A DNA stretch of 64,000 nucleotides from Clostridiaceae bacterium (GCA_012518795.1 JAAYRL010000006.1:64346-128345); one strand, 5' to 3'; shown: positions 17,172 through 27,449, counted from the first letter of the stretch. Notes: a model not told the origin generated them from the letters alone. Numbers and translations: made by a program.

Positions 17172-19307
17172 ATGAATTCATCAAACTTAGATATAAATCA
17201 TTTTAATATTTTAGGCGGACTTTCAGTTCAAAAGCAATCCGATTCGGATTATGTTATTGCTTTAGCCGGCAATCCGAATGTCGGCAAATCTACAATATTT
17301 AATGCATTAACAGGTATGAAGCAACATACCGGTAATTGGCCGGGCAAAACTGTGGAAAATGTGCAGGGTTACTATAAATTAAACGAGCAAGGATATGTTT
17401 TAGTCGATATTCCCGGCAGTTATTCATTAATGGCACGTTCTGCAGAAGAAGAAGCCGCTCGGGATTTTATCTGTTTTGGTAATCCTGATGCGGTGATTGT
17501 AGTTTGTGATGCTACCAGTTTGCAACGTAATTTGAATTTAGTATTACAGATAATTGAAACTGGCAAGCGAACTGTTGTCTGTGTTAATCTATTGGATGAA
17601 GCTAATCAACGAAAAATCGAATTAAACCTTGAATTACTGGAAAAAAGATTAGGTGTACCTGTTGTCGGTACAACTGCACGTTCTAATCAGGGATTAGGGC
17701 AATTAATGAATACCTTGGCAGATTCATTAACAGAATCTGCTCCTGAATCTATAATCGAATATCCGGAATACGTACAACAAAGTATTGCAAAACTTGCTCC
17801 GCTTATTAAGCCTTATACAGGAAACCATTTAAGTGCTGAATGGGTTGCAGCTCGTCTTTTAGATGGTGATCAAAGTTTTTACCAATCTCTGACCGATTTT
17901 CTCGGTTTAGATCTCAAAGAACAAACTGCTGTTAAAAACACTTTAAAAGAAATCAAAAATAATTTCCGAAAATCAGGCATCACTCAATTAGAAGTGGAAG
18001 ATGCTATGGCAGAAGTTTTTGTTTTGAAATCTATTGAAATTTTTCAAGGAGTCGTTAAAGAACCTGCAATACCAAGTGATAAAAGAGATCGTAAACTTGA
18101 CAAATTATTTACAAGTAAAACCACCGGCTTTCCAATCATGTTTTTATTGCTTTTGTTAGTCTTCTGGATTACGATTTCCGGTGCTAACGTTCCTTCTGCA
18201 ATACTGGCAAAAGCTTTGTTCGGTTTAGAAGATTGGCTTGCAAATGCAGCAATTACAATCGGTGTTCCCACAATATTGATAGATATGTTGATCCACGGTG
18301 TTTTCAATGTAGTTGCTTGGGTTGTCAGTGTAATGTTACCTCCGATGGCCATATTCTTTCCCATGTTTACCTTACTTGAAGATTTCGGATATTTACCGAG
18401 AGTTGCTTTTAACTTAGATCGTATATTTAAAAGCTGTGATGCTTGTGGTAAACAAGCGCTTACTATGTGTATGGGATTTGGCTGTAATGCCGTCGGTGTC
18501 ACCGGTAGTAAAATAATCGATTCGCCGCGCGAGAGATTGATTGCGATAATCACCAATAACTTTGTACCTTGTAACGGCAGATTCCCAATTCTGATTTCTA
18601 TTATCAGCATTTTTCTTGTCGGATCCGCAGTTGGCTCACTTAACACTTTCTTCGGTGCATTAATCTTAGTAACAACCATTCTATTTGGTGTCGGTATGAC
18701 ATTTTTGATTTCGAAAATCCTCTCAATGACTGTACTGAAAGGTGTCCCATCTTCCTTTACTTTAGAATTACCACCTTATCGCAAACCCCAAGTTGGCAAA
18801 GTAATTGTGCGCAGTATTATTGATCGCACACTTAAAGTTTTAGGACGTGCTATAATTGCAGCTGCTCCTGCCGGTCTGATTATTTGGATCTTAAATAACT
18901 TGCAAATGGGAAACACCACTCTGCTAAATTCCATTACCAACCTATTCGATCCGTTTGGCAAAGCTTTAGGAATGGACGGTGCAATAATTATCGGGTTCAT
19001 CTTGGGAATGCCTGCCAATGAAATTGTCATGCCGATAATTATCATGATCTATTCAGCCCAAAGCGGTCTGATCGAATTAGAAGGTGCCGCTTTAGGACAA
19101 CTATTAATCCAAAACGGTTGGACTTGGGTTACTGCAATCAGTACATTACTCTTTACTTTAATGCATTGGCCTTGTGCAACAACTTTATTAACAATCCGTA
19201 AAGAAACCCAAAGTTCGAAATGGACTGTTATTTCATTTTTAGTACCAACACTTGCCGGAATTATTATTACTTTCTTATTTAATAGCGCAGTTTCTCTGTT
19301 TCTTTAA
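17172..19307 (+). CDS. feoB: Ferrous iron transport protein B
   Basis: N-terminal G-domain (GNPNVGKST, DIPG, NLLD) followed by a polytopic membrane domain; 711 aa. Confidence 0.95.
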   Translation: MNSSNLDINHFNILGGLSVQKQSDSDYVIALAGNPNVGKSTIFNALTGMKQHTGNWPGKTVENVQGYYKLNEQGYVLVDIPGSYSLMARSAEEEAARDFICFGNPDAVIVVCDATSLQRNLNLVLQIIETGKRTVVCVNLLDEANQRKIELNLELLEKRLGVPVVGTTARSNQGLGQLMNTLADSLTESAPESIIEYPEYVQQSIAKLAPLIKPYTGNHLSAEWVAARLLDGDQSFYQSLTDFLGLDLKEQTAVKNTLKEIKNNFRKSGITQLEVEDAMAEVFVLKSIEIFQGVVKEPAIPSDKRDRKLDKLFTSKTTGFPIMFLLLLLVFWITISGANVPSAILAKALFGLEDWLANAAITIGVPTILIDMLIHGVFNVVAWVVSVMLPPMAIFFPMFTLLEDFGYLPRVAFNLDRIFKSCDACGKQALTMCMGFGCNAVGVTGSKIIDSPRERLIAIITNNFVPCNGRFPILISIISIFLVGSAVGSLNTFFGALILVTTILFGVGMTFLISKILSMTVLKGVPSSFTLELPPYRKPQVGKVIVRSIIDRTLKVLGRAIIAAAPAGLIIWILNNLQMGNTTLLNSITNLFDPFGKALGMDGAIIIGFILGMPANEIVMPIIIMIYSAQSGLIELEGAALGQLLIQNGWTWVTAISTLLFTLMHWPCATTLLTIRKETQSSKWTVISFLVPTLAGIIITFLFNSAVSLFL

Positions 19308-19355
19308 TATTCATATTTCAGTTGAATTATTCGGAGAAAAAATTACCTAAAAACA

Positions 19356-19382
19356 AACAGTTCCGGCGTAGCCAGAACTGTT
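19356..19382. terminator. Hairpin between convergent feoB and the histidine kinase gene
   Basis: AACAGTTC (19356-19363) / GAACTGTT (19375-19382) with an 11-nt loop. A T-rich tail (tgttttt) is present only on the minus-strand reading, so it fits the kinase operon better than feoB. Confidence 0.4.
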
Positions 19383-19532
19383 CAAACATTGGAGGAGAAA
19401 AGTATGAATAAGAAATAACTTACTCTTTGACTTAATTATTGCAAAAACAATTGTATAAACTAAAACGTAAATGTAACAAAATTAAAAACAAGTTTTACAA
19501 TTGGATAACTAATCTGCAAAAATTCCCTATTC

Positions 19533-20456
19533 TTAAACAGGAAACAGGATTGTCAGGACAAAAATGTTGTCTGCCACTTCCACATGCAGCTCACCGTCCA
19601 TTTTTTTAATAAGATTTTGAGCAATTGCTAAACCGAGTCCGGTAGAACTATTTTGTCTGCTCGAATCACCTTTATAAAATTTATCAAATACTTGTTCTGT
19701 ACGTAATGTGTTGTCAGAACGCATTTGATTAGAAAATGATAAAGAAAGCTTCGATTCGGTTTCTTCCGCCTCCCTTTCTTTTTCTATTATACTCAAAGAA
19801 ATTTTTAAATCTCCGGCACCATGTAATATGACATTTCGTAAAATATTCTGCAGTACCCGTTCTAAAGCATTAGGATTTGCTTGAATCATCACATTTTCTT
19901 TTGCAAAGTTGATTTCCGGTTCTATATTGTGCCGCTTAAAATCTTCATAAAACATAAAAATATTTTGAGTTAGAGCTTCATTGATATTTATCGTTTCTAA
20001 TTCTAATTGATAATCCGCTTGTTGTAATTTTGCATATAAAAATAACTCATCGAGAATTTTTCTCAAGCTTTCCACTCTCTCCTGCATGATGGCAAGATAG
20101 GCTTTTTGTTTGCTTGGATCATCCGTGTTTTTTAAAAGCTGTAAGTAGCCATCCAAGGAAGTAAGCGGTGTTCTGATATCATGTGAAAGCCCGGCAATAG
20201 TGTCCTCATTTGTAACTTTTTCCTTTTTCAGATGAATTCTCAATTCTGTCATGTCTTTAATCTGAGAATTGATTAATGTTGTCATTTCATTAATCAACTT
20301 GTTATTAAATGAAGTTGTTAATTGCATACGGCTTTCATGTTTAATTAAAAATTTCAGCTGTTCTGACAAATCTTTAATTTGACGCAAAGTAAGCCACAGG
20401 TAAATACCAATGGCTAAACTTAAAATAATAAGAATTGCAATTATAAAATACTGCAA
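19533..20456 (-). CDS. Sensor histidine kinase with a single N-terminal TM helix and no extracytoplasmic sensor domain
   Basis: H-box SHDIRTPLTSL, N-box NILRNVILHG, G-boxes (GDSSRQ..GLGLAIAQ). TTG start with AAGGAG 6 nt upstream. Only about 25 hydrophobic residues precede the cytoplasmic part. Confidence 0.9.
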   Translation of the reverse strand: MQYFIIAILIILSLAIGIYLWLTLRQIKDLSEQLKFLIKHESRMQLTTSFNNKLINEMTTLINSQIKDMTELRIHLKKEKVTNEDTIAGLSHDIRTPLTSLDGYLQLLKNTDDPSKQKAYLAIMQERVESLRKILDELFLYAKLQQADYQLELETININEALTQNIFMFYEDFKRHNIEPEINFAKENVMIQANPNALERVLQNILRNVILHGAGDLKISLSIIEKEREAEETESKLSLSFSNQMRSDNTLRTEQVFDKFYKGDSSRQNSSTGLGLAIAQNLIKKMDGELHVEVADNIFVLTILFPV

Positions 20457-20499
20457 AATGTTCTCCTTAACTTGATTTTCTGTAGTTTAGTGTCCTTAC

Positions 20500-21438
20500 T
20501 CAAATGTCCTTTTTTTGTAAAGTAAAACAGCTCGCTCCGATCGCCACAATCATTATTATAGTACAAACGATCAAGGCTTTTGTTAAGGCTTGAGTCTCAA
20601 CATTTCTAGTTAGCTGTGTTATGCTTCCCATTACCGTATACGTGCGCAAATGCCAATCATCTCCGAAATCTGCAAAATTATTAATCAACTTAGTCAATAA
20701 ATCGAAGATTAATTTATGACCGATAAGATAATAGAGGAAACTTGTAATCAATACTATCGACATTTTTCCCGAAACAGTCGCAACAAACAATAGTATAGAC
20801 AAAAAGGCAATATGAGCAAACAATTGATAAATCAAGGTTCTAACTATTCCACTATAATCAGATATTGGAAATTGATCCGCTAAGAATATTTTTTGAGAAA
20901 TCAGCAGGGCAAATGCTGACACGATAAACAACAATATAGTGTAAACAATACCGGTAAAAAATTGGGCAAAAATATAATTAGAACGATTGCGGGTAATCCC
21001 CAAAAAGTTTTTAATATAACCATTTTGATAAGGTGCTGTAAAAAATATTGCAGCGAAAATAATCAAAAACAGCAGCAGACTGTTCCCACTGAAGTAATGA
21101 AGTAATAAATCCTCACCGTCTTCTTCTGCCACTAATGGTTCACCGTCTAACTGTTCATCCAGTGATTCCGCAAAAATCTTTTCCGGATCCGGATTTTCAT
21201 TTTTATCTTCAGTCAAAGGAACATTCGATTGCTGTTCTTCGTTAAAGGAAACTTCAAATGTAATAGGCCCTTTTTCTTCTAAATTATTTCGTGAATTATC
21301 TAAATTGTCTAAGGCTTTTAGACTAATATTCAACATCAATGTCAACCCAAATAATATTATTGCAGCTGTCAATAAAATAATATATGTCGATTTTTGTTTA
21401 TTTAAGCGGCGTAATTCCATACATGTAAAATTGAACAT
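20500..21438 (-). CDS. ABC-2-type transporter permease with an acidic extracytoplasmic loop
   Basis: N-terminal TM helix, roughly 70-aa acidic loop (EEQQSNVPLTEDKNENPDPEK...EEDGED), then about 5 TM helices. GGGAGG SD lies inside the ATPase 3' end. Confidence 0.75.
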   Translation of the reverse strand: MFNFTCMELRRLNKQKSTYIILLTAAIILFGLTLMLNISLKALDNLDNSRNNLEEKGPITFEVSFNEEQQSNVPLTEDKNENPDPEKIFAESLDEQLDGEPLVAEEDGEDLLLHYFSGNSLLLFLIIFAAIFFTAPYQNGYIKNFLGITRNRSNYIFAQFFTGIVYTILLFIVSAFALLISQKIFLADQFPISDYSGIVRTLIYQLFAHIAFLSILLFVATVSGKMSIVLITSFLYYLIGHKLIFDLLTKLINNFADFGDDWHLRTYTVMGSITQLTRNVETQALTKALIVCTIIMIVAIGASCFTLQKKDI

Positions 21439-21442
21439 CTGT

Positions 21443-22363
21443 TTAACCTCCCGAATTTTTTAATTGAGCATAGCCGGTTAAACCCAGATAATAATCTTCC
21501 AAAGTGTTTTTATGAACACTCAAGGTTTCAATCGGAATTCTATGCTGTGCTAATACTAATGAAATATCGCTTGTACGTTCGATTGCATCGTATATATAGA
21601 TCAGGTTATCAGAAATTAATTTATAGTCTTTTATCTGAATTTGATCTAAAAGCGGTAAGACATTTGAAGCATGGGACGTTTGTAATTCAATACGATCACT
21701 ACTTTTCTTAATAAGAGAATCATAATCTATTTCTTCTAATAATTGTCCTCGATCGATGATGCCGAAGCGATTTGCTATTTTTGACAATTCCTCCAGAATA
21801 TGACTGGAAATAATAAAGGTTATACCTTCTTCCTGATTTAATCTTTCAATAATATTGCGGATTTCGACAATCCCTTGCGGATCTAAACCGTTAATAGGCT
21901 CATCTAAGATCACCAAATCCGGATACCCTATCAAAGCTAAAGCTATACCAAGTCTTTGTTTCATTCCTAAAGAAAATTGTTTTACTTTTTTCTTGCCGGT
22001 GTCTGCCAACCCGACTAAATCAAGCAATTTATTTTCAATTCCTTCTTCTTTAATTCCGACAGCCAGTTTTTTCAGATACAGATGTTCAAATGCTGTCAGA
22101 TTTGGATAAACTCCGGTATTTTCAACCAGGCAACCGATTCTTGTTAAAGAAGTATCATCTTCAGCTTCTCCGAACACTTTATATTCTCCCGTGGTCGGTC
22201 TAGCCAAACCGGAAACTATTCTCATCAGTGTTGTTTTGCCTGCTCCATTTCTCCCGATCAAGCCGTAAATATCGCCTTGTTTAATCGAGATGGAAACATT
22301 ATCAACAGCTTTTTGTGTACCGTAGATTTTTGTCAGATTACTTGTCTCTAATATTATTGTCAT
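21443..22363 (-). CDS. ABC transporter ATP-binding protein
   Basis: Walker A GRNGAGKTT, signature LSLGMKQRL, Walker B LVILDEP, and a C-terminal accessory domain. Start moved to the ATG at 22363 (GGAGG 7 nt upstream). Confidence 0.93.
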   Translation of the reverse strand: MTIILETSNLTKIYGTQKAVDNVSISIKQGDIYGLIGRNGAGKTTLMRIVSGLARPTTGEYKVFGEAEDDTSLTRIGCLVENTGVYPNLTAFEHLYLKKLAVGIKEEGIENKLLDLVGLADTGKKKVKQFSLGMKQRLGIALALIGYPDLVILDEPINGLDPQGIVEIRNIIERLNQEEGITFIISSHILEELSKIANRFGIIDRGQLLEEIDYDSLIKKSSDRIELQTSHASNVLPLLDQIQIKDYKLISDNLIYIYDAIERTSDISLVLAQHRIPIETLSVHKNTLEDYYLGLTGYAQLKNSGG

Positions 22364-22465
22364 CTCGAAACCTCCATCATTATATTTCAGCAAATGTTTG
22401 CTTATGTATAAGATGCCGTAACTTGTTTAATATATCGCAAAGAAAAGGTAAAGAAAGTTTAAAGA

Positions 22466-23143
22466 TTATCGGGAACTTAATTTGAATCCAATTCCCCATA
22501 CCGTTTCAATATATTCTTCATCAGTATATTGTTTAATTTTTTTACGTATATTGGAAATATGTACGTTGATTGTTTTATCGCCTCCAATATAATAATCGTC
22601 CCAAACAAGATTATAAAGATCTTGCTTTGAAAAAACACGATTGGGATTTTTGATTAATATTTCCAAAATTTTCAATTCTAAAGTGGTTAGATTCAGATCA
22701 TGACTTCCCAGAAATGCAGTGTAATTTTTCGAATCCAACTTCAGTTCTTTAAATTGACAAAAACGAACTTCGGATAAATTCTGTTGACGTTTCGCCAAAA
22801 TATTTACTCTGGCAATTAATTCTTCGACAGAAAAAGGTTTTGTCAGATAATCATCTGCACCACCGGTTAATAATCGCAATTTGGAATCTAAAGCGTCCTT
22901 AGCGGAAAGAATAATAATGGGAGCCGTTTGAGTTTCTTTGATTTTCGGCAAAAGTTCTTCTCCGGACAAACCCGGTAACATCAGGTCGAGAATAATAACT
23001 ATAAAATTGGTATCCTTAGCCAATAACAGAGCTTCTGTTCCCGAAAAAGATTGTACACATTGATAATTGGCCTGTTCCAATGCTTCTTTGATCAAGTTAT
23101 TAATATCTGTATCATCTTCTACGATCAATACTGTATTTTCCAT
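22466..23143 (-). CDS. OmpR/PhoB-family response regulator
   Basis: Receiver domain (VLIVEDD, ILDLMLPGLSG, TKP) plus a winged-helix C-terminus (TVWGIGFKL). Confidence 0.93.
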   Translation of the reverse strand: MENTVLIVEDDTDINNLIKEALEQANYQCVQSFSGTEALLLAKDTNFIVIILDLMLPGLSGEELLPKIKETQTAPIIILSAKDALDSKLRLLTGGADDYLTKPFSVEELIARVNILAKRQQNLSEVRFCQFKELKLDSKNYTAFLGSHDLNLTTLELKILEILIKNPNRVFSKQDLYNLVWDDYYIGGDKTINVHISNIRKKIKQYTDEEYIETVWGIGFKLSSR

Positions 23144-23181
23144 AAACACCCCGATATTTCATCTTCCGCTATTTAATATAG

Positions 23182-23213
23182 CAAAAGTCCGAAGTTTTGG
23201 CATTACTTCGGAC
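23182..23213 (-). terminator. Intrinsic terminator after the zinc-ribbon gene
   Basis: GTCCGAAGT (23187-23195) / ACTTCGGAC (23205-23213), a perfect 9-bp stem with a 9-nt loop, followed on the minus strand by TTTTG. Confidence 0.55.
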
Positions 23214-23298
23214 TCTCATAGAAAAATTGCTAATAAAATTTACAATAAAGAATTATAAAATATACTCGCCTTATTTGTTAATTTTGTTAATCTAAAAA

Positions 23299-24048
23299 TC
23301 ACGGCAAAACTTCAATCAATTCCAAGTTATCTAAATCTGCAAGATTTTTATCTCGAATTAAATATCCACCATTACCGGGCATGGAAATTCTGAATGAAAC
23401 ATCGGCATATACCTTGTTCATATCTTCTAAGTCAATATTATGAACATTTGCTCTGGCTTCACAATATGAAGCAAAGATATCACGTGCATCTTCTTTTGAC
23501 AGCTCAGCTTCAACAATTAAATCAGCATGTGTGTTATTCATGCGATAAATCGCAAATCCTTGATCGTAATCTATTAAATCATTATATGTTTCATCATTTA
23601 ATGCTTTTTTGAACTCATCAGTAATATTTGCTCGATGTTGATCGCGAGTGACCGTTTGAGGCAGAGTTATTACCAGAAAAATAGCAACCACAGCTAAAAC
23701 AATACCTATAATTGTGAGAATCTGTTTTTTGCTTAAATTTACATCAGGAATTTCTTTTTTCTCAATCGCATATTTCGGCTTTGGTTTTGAAGCGGCTTTC
23801 GACTTCTTCTCTCTTCGCTCAATTAATTGATCCAGATTCGCATTTACCTTTGTTTGCTGAGGATTTATTGCTTCACCTTTATATTCAGGTTGTTCTTCAT
23901 TTAAAAATTCATAATCTTGCGGATGTTTTACAATTTCCAGAGCTTCTTTCGCCGGAAAAACACAATCACAGAATAAACAATGACAATTTTCATGTTTCGG
24001 ATCCACATAGACAAGTGAACCGCAATTTTTACACATTCCTTCTTGCAT
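23299..24048 (-). CDS. Hypothetical membrane protein with an N-terminal zinc ribbon
   Basis: CKNCGS...CHCLFCDC (two CxxC-like pairs), a lysine-rich linker, one TM helix (ILTIIGIVLAVVAIFLVITL) and an extracytoplasmic C-terminal domain. Confidence 0.7.
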   Translation of the reverse strand: MQEGMCKNCGSLVYVDPKHENCHCLFCDCVFPAKEALEIVKHPQDYEFLNEEQPEYKGEAINPQQTKVNANLDQLIERREKKSKAASKPKPKYAIEKKEIPDVNLSKKQILTIIGIVLAVVAIFLVITLPQTVTRDQHRANITDEFKKALNDETYNDLIDYDQGFAIYRMNNTHADLIVEAELSKEDARDIFASYCEARANVHNIDLEDMNKVYADVSFRISMPGNGGYLIRDKNLADLDNLELIEVLP

Positions 24049-24144
24049 TAATAACCTCTTTGTGAATAAAAAAATAGTTAAGTTGTTGTAATCTATGTTA
24101 TTATAGTTATCATAAGATTAATTTTCAAGTTATGGGGAAAGATC

Positions 24145-24669
24145 GTGACAATGGGAGAAATTTCCAGGTTCATGCAACAGGCTTTATTAGAAGCTGACTT
24201 AGCAGAACAAAATGGAGATGTACCGGTCGGGGCTATAATTGTCAAATCAGGACAGATCATAGCCCGAGGGCATAATAAAAGAGAATTTGCCAATGATGTT
24301 ACTGCACACGCCGAAATTGTCGCTATTCGCAAAGCTTGTAAAAATCTGCAAAGATGGATATTGGATGATTGTGAATTATATGTAACTCTTGAACCGTGTT
24401 TGATGTGTTTTGGTGCTATAATTCAAGCAAGAATTGCTAATATTTACTTCGGGGCATATGATCCGAAAACGGGGGCCTGCGGTTCTGTTGCCGAAATAGC
24501 TACCCTTAAAGATTCCGCGCTTAACCATCACACAAATATTGTTGGCGGTTTATTGGAAGAAGAATGTGCAAAAAAATTAACAGATTTTTTTCAAAAAAAA
24601 CGTTATCATTCAAAATTAAACAAAATCAATAAACAAGGGGGTAAGGATTTTGGGCAAACAGAAAAATAA
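24145..24669 (+). CDS. tadA: tRNA adenosine(34) deaminase
   Basis: CDA-fold zinc motifs HAE(IVAIR) and PCLMCFGA. GTG at 24145 or ATG at 24151. Confidence 0.92.
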   Translation: MTMGEISRFMQQALLEADLAEQNGDVPVGAIIVKSGQIIARGHNKREFANDVTAHAEIVAIRKACKNLQRWILDDCELYVTLEPCLMCFGAIIQARIANIYFGAYDPKTGACGSVAEIATLKDSALNHHTNIVGGLLEEECAKKLTDFFQKKRYHSKLNKINKQGGKDFGQTEK

Positions 24670-25450
24670 AAAAAATAATAAATCAGGCTCTTCTTTACCT
24701 GGCAAGCGAAGTATATCCGGGCGGATTTTTTCATGGTTCGGCATGGCTGTCGCCAAAATGTGTGCAAAAATCAATTATATCGGTCAAGAAAATATTCCTG
24801 CGCAAAACCCATATGTCATTGCACCAAATCATCAAACATATGTTGACGGTTTATTGGTTGGCAAAGGTTTACCTAAAGATCATTTCGAAAAATTCTCCGC
24901 ACTGATCGGTTCGGATTTGAAATCAAACCATGGTTTAATAGGCAAACTGATCGTGCCGGTATCTCGCGGCATTGAGGTGGAAAGATATGGTAATCCGGTA
25001 CGTGGTCTGGTGATGGCTCGTCGTGCCTGCAACGCAGGTAATATTTTAATGGTACACCCCGAAGGTACACGTACTCATGACGGAACTCTGGGGCCATTAC
25101 AAAACGGTGCAGCATACATTGCCAGAGCCGGCAAGGTTCCCCTAATCCCGGTATATATTGAAGGTGGCTTTGAAGTATTTTCACGTCATGATAAGCGACC
25201 ACGTTTTAGAAATCCTAAAACCGGTAAAAAATTCATTGTTAATATAATTTTTGGTAAAGCATTGATGCCGGAGGATTATTCTTCACCGGATGAAATGACC
25301 GCTGCCTTAGAAGATTGGTTGCTCGAAAGAGAAAGTGAATATTTCTTAAAAAGCGAGGGCCTTTTGCGTGATCTGCCACGCGGTGTTCGGAAAAAGAAAA
25401 GGAAAAAACCGAAAAGAATTCGCAAAAGCACTGCACAATCCAAAATCTAA
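24650..25450 (+). CDS. plsC: 1-acyl-sn-glycerol-3-phosphate acyltransferase
   Basis: HX4D motif (NHQTYVD) and PEGTRT motif. TTG start with AAGGGGG/AAGGA upstream. Polybasic C-terminal tail. Confidence 0.88.
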   Translation: MGKQKNKKNNKSGSSLPGKRSISGRIFSWFGMAVAKMCAKINYIGQENIPAQNPYVIAPNHQTYVDGLLVGKGLPKDHFEKFSALIGSDLKSNHGLIGKLIVPVSRGIEVERYGNPVRGLVMARRACNAGNILMVHPEGTRTHDGTLGPLQNGAAYIARAGKVPLIPVYIEGGFEVFSRHDKRPRFRNPKTGKKFIVNIIFGKALMPEDYSSPDEMTAALEDWLLERESEYFLKSEGLLRDLPRGVRKKKRKKPKRIRKSTAQSKI

Positions 25451-26730
25451 ATTTGTTGTAAAAGTGGTTTTATAATTCCCAAATGTCCTTGGTGAATGCG
25501 AAAACTAATTTCCGTACCGTGTTCGGTATATTCAACATTATCAATATATGCGACATTACGTAATTCCGAAACGATTTGACTTTGATCAAAAGGAATCATC
25601 AAATGAAACGGCAGCATTTGATATTTTGGAATCTCGTTGATCACCTGTTTTAAATCAGCAAGCCCAATTCCGTTGCGAGCGGATACAAAGACTTGTTTTG
25701 CAGAATGGCGATTGGTTTGTTTTAGCTGATCAATTACCTGTTGCTCTGCCAAATCAATTTTATTGAAAACATGTATTCTCGGTTTGCTATCTGCATTTAA
25801 AGCTTCCAGTTGTCTTTCTACAATATCCATCTGCGCTTCAAATTCCGGATCAGAAATATCCGTTACTTGAACAATAAAATCTGCATAGCTTACTTCTTCC
25901 AGTGTAGATTGAAATGCTTCAATTAATTGATGAGGTAATTTTCGAATAAAACCGACCGTGTCAATTAATAAAATAGGAATCTCCGAATTCTTAATTCGTC
26001 TTGCTGTTGGATCAAGCGTTGCAAAAACCTGATCCATCGTGAATAAATCAGACTGACATAAAGCATTCATCAAAGTCGATTTCCCTGCATTCGTATAACC
26101 GACAATAGCCCCTGTTATCAATTGATTTTTTTCTCTGTTCTCACGCGTTAATTGTCTGCGCTTACCTAATTCCTTAAGTCGATGTTTTAAAGTTTTAATA
26201 CGTCTTTGAATATGTCTGCGATCTGTTTCCAATTGTGTTTCACCCGGACCTCTGGTACCAATGCCCCCGCCTAAACGTGATAAAGCAATCCCCGCACCGA
26301 TTAATCTGGTTGCCCGATCATTCAATTGGGCAATTTCTACTTGAAGACGCCCCTCCATTGTAGTTGCTCGCAATGCAAAAATATCCAAAATAAGTAAAGT
26401 TCGATCAATAATTTTTAATCCGGTCAATTCTGAAATATTTCGCATTTGAGATCCGCTCAAATTAAGATCCAAAACGAGTGTTTCTGCTTCCAAAGCTTCT
26501 GCCATTTGAGAAATCTCATCTAATTTCCCTTTGCCTGCAACATAAGTCGGATCTATTTTGGTTCTGCTTTGTAAAGATTCACCCACAACTTCCAAACCTG
26601 CTGTTTCTGCCAATTCAGCTAATTCCAACAATGAATACTCTGCGATTTCTTTGGAATTTTTTCCAGAAGTTAAATGGATTCCTAGAACAATTGCTTTGTT
26701 GTTATTCTGCAAGCTATTCTGCTCCTTCAT
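25447..26730 (-). CDS. hflX: GTPase HflX
   Basis: HflX N-terminal domain followed by a G-domain (GYTNAGKST, DTVGF, NKID). Confidence 0.93.
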   Translation of the reverse strand: MKEQNSLQNNNKAIVLGIHLTSGKNSKEIAEYSLLELAELAETAGLEVVGESLQSRTKIDPTYVAGKGKLDEISQMAEALEAETLVLDLNLSGSQMRNISELTGLKIIDRTLLILDIFALRATTMEGRLQVEIAQLNDRATRLIGAGIALSRLGGGIGTRGPGETQLETDRRHIQRRIKTLKHRLKELGKRRQLTRENREKNQLITGAIVGYTNAGKSTLMNALCQSDLFTMDQVFATLDPTARRIKNSEIPILLIDTVGFIRKLPHQLIEAFQSTLEEVSYADFIVQVTDISDPEFEAQMDIVERQLEALNADSKPRIHVFNKIDLAEQQVIDQLKQTNRHSAKQVFVSARNGIGLADLKQVINEIPKYQMLPFHLMIPFDQSQIVSELRNVAYIDNVEYTEHGTEISFRIHQGHLGIIKPLLQQI

Positions 26731-27292
26731 TTTTCAGCGTAGACATCAAAATATTATTCAATTCCTCATTCAATTGTAAATCTGCAGCATCAAACAAAAT
26801 CTCAGGTTTAAATGCTTCTTTTGCAAAAATTTCCTGATAAGCTACATGTAATGCTGTAATCATCTGATTGCGCCAAAATCGATTATCCATACTCATTAAA
26901 GCCGGGATAATTATTTGATACACTTCTTTCGCAGCTTTATATGCAATTTCATCATCTTTCATTCTAATTAAATTTAAAAATTTTGAACCATAGTTACGAT
27001 CTTCAAGACAAGCTTTTTGATAAATCAGAGCAGAATCCAAAATTTCTAAATAAAGTGCTTTTTGAGCAATTTCCTTATTTTCTTCTAACATCGCTAAAAT
27101 TTCTTTTTTAGAAAAAAATTCATTCAAACGCTTCTCTTGTTTAATTATCACCCGCTTAGATTGATTTTGGGTAACCGAGATTTTTAGTTCTAACCATAAA
27201 CCCATAAATAAATCCGCTTTTCTTTCTTGTTTCCGATCAACATATTTAAAACGAATATCACGAATTTTATCTTGGTAAAGATTATTTGACAT
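26714..27292 (-). CDS. Hypothetical protein (about 192 aa), overlapping the hflX start
   Basis: Start moved to the ATG at 27292 (GAGGAGG 5 nt upstream). The 3' end overlaps hflX by 17 nt. No motif recognised. Confidence 0.7.
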   Translation of the reverse strand: MSNNLYQDKIRDIRFKYVDRKQERKADLFMGLWLELKISVTQNQSKRVIIKQEKRLNEFFSKKEILAMLEENKEIAQKALYLEILDSALIYQKACLEDRNYGSKFLNLIRMKDDEIAYKAAKEVYQIIIPALMSMDNRFWRNQMITALHVAYQEIFAKEAFKPEILFDAADLQLNEELNNILMSTLKNEGAE

Positions 27293-27449
27293 CGAATCCT
27301 CCTCACTTAACACTGTTTTATCTTCTCGTCTCTCACAATATTATCATTTTATCAATATAGTTAAAGTTTTATTTTAATATCTGCAGATGAATATAATTAA
27401 CTTTATCTTAACATTATTATAGCAAACAAATTATTTAACTTTACAATAT

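Noticed and set aside
18044-18679. 211-aa minus-strand ORF inside feoB, and similar antisense ORFs (for example 654-884, 4240-4821, 9231-9560, 14101-14454, 24093-24332, 29286-29687, 35192-35545, 45331-45621)
   Set aside because: All lie fully within, and antisense or out of frame to, genes with clear family motifs. They are typical shadow ORFs of AT-rich DNA.
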